Source: Priapulus caudatus (taxonomy: Eukaryota). Taken from it: a stretch of DNA of 41,722 nt. How positions within the stretch are numbered: position 1 is the stretch's first letter; each line of letters starts with the position of its first letter. The notes beneath the pieces are model-generated. The model did no database searches. It saw only the letters and a program-made list of their open reading frames with translations, and was not told where the DNA came from. The translations under genes were made by a program, and so were the position numbers. The stretch covers positions 669,581-711,302 of the forward strand of contig NW_014577086.1 of NCBI RefSeq assembly GCF_000485595.1. Direction: 5' to 3'. Shown here in pieces: positions 34,922 through 41,722 of the stretch.

Positions 34922-37900
34922 TGATGTCCATCACCGCGTGGTGTCTATCATCGTATGATGTCCATCACCGCGTGGTGTCTATCATCGTATGATGTCCATC
35001 ACCGCGTGGTGTCTATCATCGTATGATGTCCATCACGCACTGCGTGGCGTCTATCACCGTAATGATTCATCAAGCGTGGTGATGTCTTATCATCGTATGA
35101 TGTCCATACACCGTGGGTGTCATCATCGTGTGATGTGTCGCATCACCCGTGTCATGTCTATCATCGTACTGATGTCCATCACAACCGCGTGTTCTATATC
35201 ATTCGTAGATTCCATCACCGCGGTGTCATATCTATCGAGATTCCATCACTGCGTGGTGTCCTATACTCGTATGATGTCCATTCACCGCGTCGTGTCTGAT
35301 CATCGTATGAATGTCCATCACAGCGTGGTGTCTATCATCGTAGATTCCATCACTAATGCGTGTGTCTATCATCGTATATGTCCATTCACCGCGTGTGTCT
35401 ATATCACGTAGCATGTCCATCAAACCCTGCGTGGTGCTACATCTATATGTCCATTGCACGTGTCGTGTCTATCATCGTCATGATGGTCCATCACCGCGTG
35501 TGTCTAATACCGTATGATTCCCATCACCGTGTCGGTCTTATCATCGTATGATTCCATCAACCCGGTGGGTGTCTATCCTCGTATTATGTCTCATCACCAG
35601 GTCATGTCTTATCATCGTATGATGTAGCAATCACCGAGCCGTTGGTGTCTAACCATCCGTATGATGTCCATCACCGCGTGGTGTCTACATCGTATACCCT
35701 GTCCATCACCGCGATGGTGTCTATCATCGGTATCTATGTCCATCCCGCGTGTGTCTATCATCGTATAGTCTCATCACCGGTGTGGTGTCTATCATCGTAT
35801 GATGTCCAATTCTACCGTGTGGTGCTATCATCGAATAATGTCCATCTCCCTGTCGTGGTGTCTATCATTCGTATTGAAGGATCACCTGTGGTTCTATCAC
35901 GTAAGATGTCCATGTCACCGTGGTGTCTATCATCGTATTAATGTCCATCACCGTTCGTTCTATCATCGTAATGATGTCCATTCACCGTATGTGTCTATCA
36001 TCGTCACTGATTCCATCACCGTGTGTGTCTATCATCGTATGATGCCATCACGTGTGGTCGTATCATCGTATATGTCCATAACCTCGTGGTGTCTAATCAT
36101 CGATGATGTTCCCATCACGCTTGCTTGGTGTCTATTATCGTATGATGTCCATCACACATGCGTCGTGTCTATCATCGTATATGTCAATGCCACCCGTTGG
36201 TGTTATCATCGTAATGTCTCATCACCCTCCGCGTGTTCCCTATCATCGTATGCTGTCGGCAATCACCCGTGGTTCCTATATCATCGTATATGTCCATCAC
36301 CGTTGTGTCTATACATCATTGATTATGTACAGAAGCACGGCGTGTGCCATCGCATCCGATGAGTCCATGCACCAAGCGCTGGTTCGTATCGAATCGTAGA
36401 TTCCACTCACTAGCGTGGTGTCTATCATCGTATGATGTCCATCACTGCGTTTGTCTATACACGGTATGATGTCTCATCACGCGTGTGGTGCTATCATTCG
36501 TAATGAGTTCATTTGGCCCGGTGTCGTGTCTCATCATCGTATGATCTCCAACTTCCACCACGTCGTGTCCCTATCATCCGTATGATGTCCATCAACCCGT
36601 GTCGCATGTCTATCATCGATGCATGTCCATCACCTGCGTGGTGCTATACTCTATATGTCCATCACCAGTGTCGCCGGTCTATCATCGTATGATTCAACTC
36701 TCACCGTTGGTGTTACCTCGTAATGTTCCACACCGTCATTCTATCATCGTACTTGAGTACATCACGCGTGGTGTCATGCATCGTATGATGTCCATCACCT
36801 TGCGTGGTGCCTATCATCGTCATGATGTCCATGCACCGCGTGTGTCTATCAATCTGTATGATAGCTACATACACGCGTGGTGTCTATCAATCTATGAATC
36901 CATCACCGTATGATGTCTATCATACGTAATATGTCATACACCGGTCGTGTCCTATCATCGTGATGAGTGCCATACCACCGTATGGTTCATCATCGTATAT
37001 GTCCATCACCGGTGTGTTCTATCATCGTAGATTCCTCACCGTGTGTGTCTATCATCTGTTATGAATGTCCATACCGGCGTGTGTCATCATCGTATGATGT
37101 ACATCACCCGCCGCCGGTGCCCATCACCTCGTATGATGCCATTCACCGCGTGTGTCTATCATCGTATATGTCCATCACCGCGTGTGTCTATCACAGTATG
37201 ATTCCCTTCACCTGCGTGTGTCCTATTTCGTATGAGTCCATCCCCACCTGGCCGTCGTGTCTATCATCGTATATGTCTACACCGTGTGGTCTATCGCATC
37301 GTATGATGTCCATCCCACCCTCGTGTCATCATCCCGTATCATGTCCGATCCACGCGTGTTCCTATATCATCGTATGATGTCCAATCAACCAAAAATGTTG
37401 TGTCTATCATCGTATATTCATCACCGCTGTGTCCACATCGTAGATGCCATCACCCTGTGTTACTCGCTGCGTGTTCTATCATCGTAATGATGGTCCAATT
37501 CCCCGCGTGGTGTTCTATCATCGTATGATGTCATCCACCGCGTGTGTCTATCATCGTAGATTTCATCACTCGTGTGGTGTCTATCATCGTATATGTTGCA
37601 TCCTACACCGTGTCATGTCTATCATCGTTATGATTTCGCATTACCGTGGGTGTCTACATCGCTATGATGTTCCATCACCGCGTCCGTGTCTATCATCCGT
37701 ATGATTCCATCACCGCGTGGTGTCTATCATCGTATGCATGTCCATCACCGCGGGTGTCTATCATCTTATATGTACATCACCGACGCGTTGTAATCTATAT
37801 CGTAAAATTCCATCACCGCGTGTGCTATATCATACGTATGAGTCCATCACGCGTGGTGTCTATCATCGTTGATTCCAACACCGCGTGTGCTATCTCGTAA

Positions 37901-40567
37901 TGATATCCACACCTGCGTGTTCTATCATCGTATATGTCGCATTACCTATCGTCGCTGTGTCTATTATCGTATGATGTCCATCACCGCGGGTACTATCATG
38001 CGGATATGTCCATTCACCGTGTTCTATATTCATCGTATGATGTCCATTCACATACCGTGGGTGTCTATCATCGTAAGATGTTCACACCGCGTGGTGTCTA
38101 TCATCGTATATGTCATCACCCGCGTGGTGTCTATCATCGCAATGATGTCCATCACCGTGTGTGTCTTATCATCGTATGATGTCCATTCACGCGTTCTGTC
38201 TATCATCGTAATGATTAGTCCATTCACCCGCGTGTGTCTAATCATCGTAATGATGTCCATCACCGTGTGGTGCCTATCATCGATATCTCATCACCGCGTG
38301 GGTGTCCTATCATCGTGATGATGTCCACCACCGCTGGTCTATCATCGTAATGATGTCCACCACGCTGGTGATGTGTCTATCATTGTATGATGTCCATCAC
38401 CGCTCGTTGTCTACCCATCGATAATGATGTCGCTCCACTCTGCGTGGTCTATCATCGTATGATGTCCATCACCGGGTGGTGTCTATCATCCGATATCTCC
38501 ATCACTCTGTGTGGTTGCTAACATCGTATGATGTCCACCACCGCGGGTTAATCACGTATGATTGTCCATCACCTGCGTGGTGTCTATACATCGTATGCAT
38601 GTCCATCACCTGCGTGGGTCTACATCGTATGATGTCCATCACCAGCGTGTGTCTACAATCGTGATGAGTCCTCACCGCGTGTGTCTATTATCGAGAATGT
38701 CATCACGCGTGTGTCTATCATCGTATGATGTCCATCACCGGCGTGTTCATATCATCTGTATGATTCCGATTCACAGCTGTGTGTCTATCATCGATGATGT
38801 TCATTCACCAGCTGATGTTATCATCGTAATGATTCCATCCCGCGTGGTGTCTATGCATCGCATGATTCCATCACCGGTGGTGTCTATTCACGAATGATGT
38901 CGATCATCCGCGGCGTCGTGTCTATCATCGTATGATGTCTCATGACCGGGCGTGTGTCTATCATTCGTATGATGTCCCAATCAACCGTGTGTGCTAATCA
39001 TCTGTATGATTCCATCACCTGTGTGGCTGTCTATCATTGAATGATGTCCACGCACCTCGCGTGGCTATCTCGTATATATGTCCAATCACCGCGTGTGTCA
39101 TCAGCGATGATTCTATCACACGGCGTGTGCTATCATCGTATGATGTCCATCACCCGGTGTGTGTCTTTCATCGCTAGATGCCACCACCGCGTGGTGTCTA
39201 ACACATCGTATGATGTCCGCCCTACCGCGTGTGTCTTATCATCGTATGACAATTCATCACCGGCGTGTGTATCATCCTCGTATGAGTCCATTCACCGCGT
39301 GTGTCTATCATCGATAGAGTCCCATCCACCGCGTGGTTCTATCTACTGTATAGTCCATCACCTTTTCGCGTGTGTCTATACGATATGTCCCATCACCGCT
39401 TGATGTCTATCATCGTATGATGTTCCATACACCAGCGTGGTGCATATCATCCGATGATGCATCGCACCGTTGTGTCTATCATCGTATGATTTTCATCACC
39501 GCCGTGTGTCTATCATCGTATGATGTCCATACACCTGCGTGGTCTATTCACTCGCATATGTTCCATCACGCGTGTGGTTGTCTACATCCGTATGATGTGA
39601 AAACAAAAAAAACCTCCCCGTGTGGTGTCTATCATCGTATTATTCCAATCCACCGTGTGGGTCTATCATCCATATATGTCGCACCACCGGCGGTGTGCTA
39701 TCATTCGTAGATGTCATTCACCGGCCGGCGATGGTTCTATCCATCGTATGATGTCTATCACCTGCGTGTTTCTATCATCGTATGATGTCCATACACGGTG
39801 TTGTGTCTATCATCGTATGATGTCACGCACCGCGTGGTCTATCATCGTATTATGTCCATCACCGTATCGATGCTAATCATCGTATGATGCCATCAACCGA
39901 CATGCGTGTTTCTTATCATCGTATGAGGTCCATCAACCACGCGTGTCTATCATCGTATGAATGTCTATCACCGCGTGGTGTCTATCATCGTATATGCCAT
40001 CACCGCGTGTTGTCTATCATCGTATAATCCATCAACCGCGCGTGGTGTCTCATCATCGTATGATGTCTATCACCGGGTCGCGTACTATCATCGTATGATG
40101 TCCATCACCTGCGTGTGTCTATCATCGTATGATTCCATCACCGTCTGTTTATCATCGTATGAATGCCATCCACATGCTGGTGTCTACTCGTATGATGTCC
40201 ATCACTGTGTTGGTATCTATCATCGTATGATAGTCATCACCGTTGGTGGTCTATCAATGACAGTATGATGTCCATCACCGCCGCGTGGTGCTATATCCGT
40301 ATGACTGTCGCATCACCGGATGCAGTGTTCCTATCATCGTATGATGTCCATCACCGCGTGGTGTTCTATCATCGCTATGATCGTTCCACACGGTCGTGTC
40401 TATCATCGCGTATGATGTCTATCACCGCGTGTGCATCATCGTAGATTCTAATCACCAGCGTGGTCTATCATCGTAATATTCCACCCCTGCGTGTGTCTAT
40501 CATCGTAGATGTCCACACCGTGTCGTGTCTATCCTGCGTATGATTCACACCGCGTGGTGTCTATCAC
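34922..40567. repeat. Tandem satellite, 34-bp unit TGATGTCCATCACCGCGTGGTGTCTATCATCGTA (roughly 165 copies)
   Basis: The first three units (34922, 34956, 34990) are exact; the rest carry scattered indels. Units are head-to-tail with no spacers. Confidence 0.96.
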
Positions 40568-41019
40568 TCGGTAGAGTATACTGTTGGATAATCCATCCCA
40601 CTCCATAGCTTGAGACTCTACCCGCCATCACCACCCATCCCAACCCTTCCTTCCATCCCCATCTCCGCATCCACACACGCCATCAATTCACCATCTCAGT
40701 TCCCACCCCCATCCTACACCACCTCCGCCATTCCCATACGATTCCCCATCCCTAAATGCCAACCCCACATGGCTCTCACCCACCGCCGCCGCCCCTATAT
40801 CCCACCTAGACATTCTTTGCCCATATAAGATTACCCAGAGCGAATATATCGAACAATCGAAATTATCTGTGATTATTGAATCAACGCGTATACATTCATG
40901 TTGACACTTGCAGCGCGCCCTCACCCCCGCCCTCGCCCCTTCATACGCACCGCGCCAGCTCCGTAGATTCGGCTAATGGGGGGGGGGGGGCTGGGGTTGG
41001 GTGGGTTAGCGTGCTATCA

Positions 41020-41096
41020 GCACACGCACCACACACACACACACACACACACACAAAGCACAGCGCACACAAGCACGCTCCACACACACACACGCA

Positions 41097-41127
<31 letters not shown>

Positions 41128-41430
41128 CACAACATCACACACACACACTACCCGCGCTCGCGCACTGACAAACACACGTATAGAGTCGGTGTGGTGATGG
41201 TGGTAGATTGAGGGTGTGATGGCGGTAGAGTGGGGTGGTGCTGGCGTAAGAGTGGGTGGTGATGAGCGTAGATGTGTGGTGGTGGTGATGGCGAGAGTGG
41301 GGGATGCGTAGAGTGGGGTTGTGATGGTGATAGAGTGGGGTGGTGTGATGGCGGTAGAGTGGGTGAATGAATGGCGTAAAAGTTGGGGTGGTGAGGCGGT
41401 AGAGTGGGGTGGTGATGGCGGTAGAGTGGG
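41020..41430. repeat. (CA)n at 41020-41150 and ~23-bp minisatellite GTGGTGATGGCGGTAGAGTGGG(G) at 41186-41430
   Basis: Directly visible. Confidence 0.88.
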
Positions 41431-41722
41431 GCAACAGCGAACCACATTTTGAAAGTGGCGCGGGTCACAAGTCAGCAATAGCACGTGGGGGGTGAATCTC
41501 GCGGCGAGGCGAATATCACGGTATTGGTCAATATCCACTTTATTCAGCTGTGATGAAGTGTTTTGCATAATGTGATGTCATGAATGACATTACTAGAAGT
41601 TAATCCATAAAATATCGCAAAATTTTATTAATAGCATTAACTAACTAGTAGTAAAGCTACACACAGACTGTGCCTAAACTGTGTGAACAGTAGGCATGAT
41701 TAAGATGAAGAGGAAAATAATT

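Noticed and set aside
34922..40567. CRISPR array (34-bp partly palindromic repeat)
   Set aside because: Units are contiguous with no unique spacers, there are no cas genes, and the context is eukaryotic.

Overview
Eukaryotic, almost certainly animal (invertebrate-like) genomic DNA from a draft assembly patched with noisy long reads; there are N gaps at 14450-14812 and 23457-23481. Nearly all ORFs in the track are artefacts of micro- and minisatellites. Supported content: (1) a decayed, internally deleted Academ (AcademX-type) DNA transposon at 769-3481 with ~240-255 bp TIRs, a CTT target duplication and XPG-like nuclease/CXC remnants; (2) a tandem duplication (5762-12163 vs 12164-17365) that is probably an assembly or haplotype artefact; (3) a 62-bp AcademH-like mini element with a 9-bp TSD; (4) four 24-66 bp palindromic insertions with CARGAGT...ACTCYTG ends and exact 7-bp TSDs that resemble P/Galileo-superfamily excision footprints; (5) a MADF-domain fragment, a foldback-like element, several dispersed repeats and a 5.6 kb satellite of 34-bp units; (6) one plausible host coding exon (33597-34296, +) with a putative signal peptide and a DNRLRE/CBM96-like domain, ending at a canonical phase-1 splice donor. 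Family assignments come from motif recognition by eye; no searches were run.
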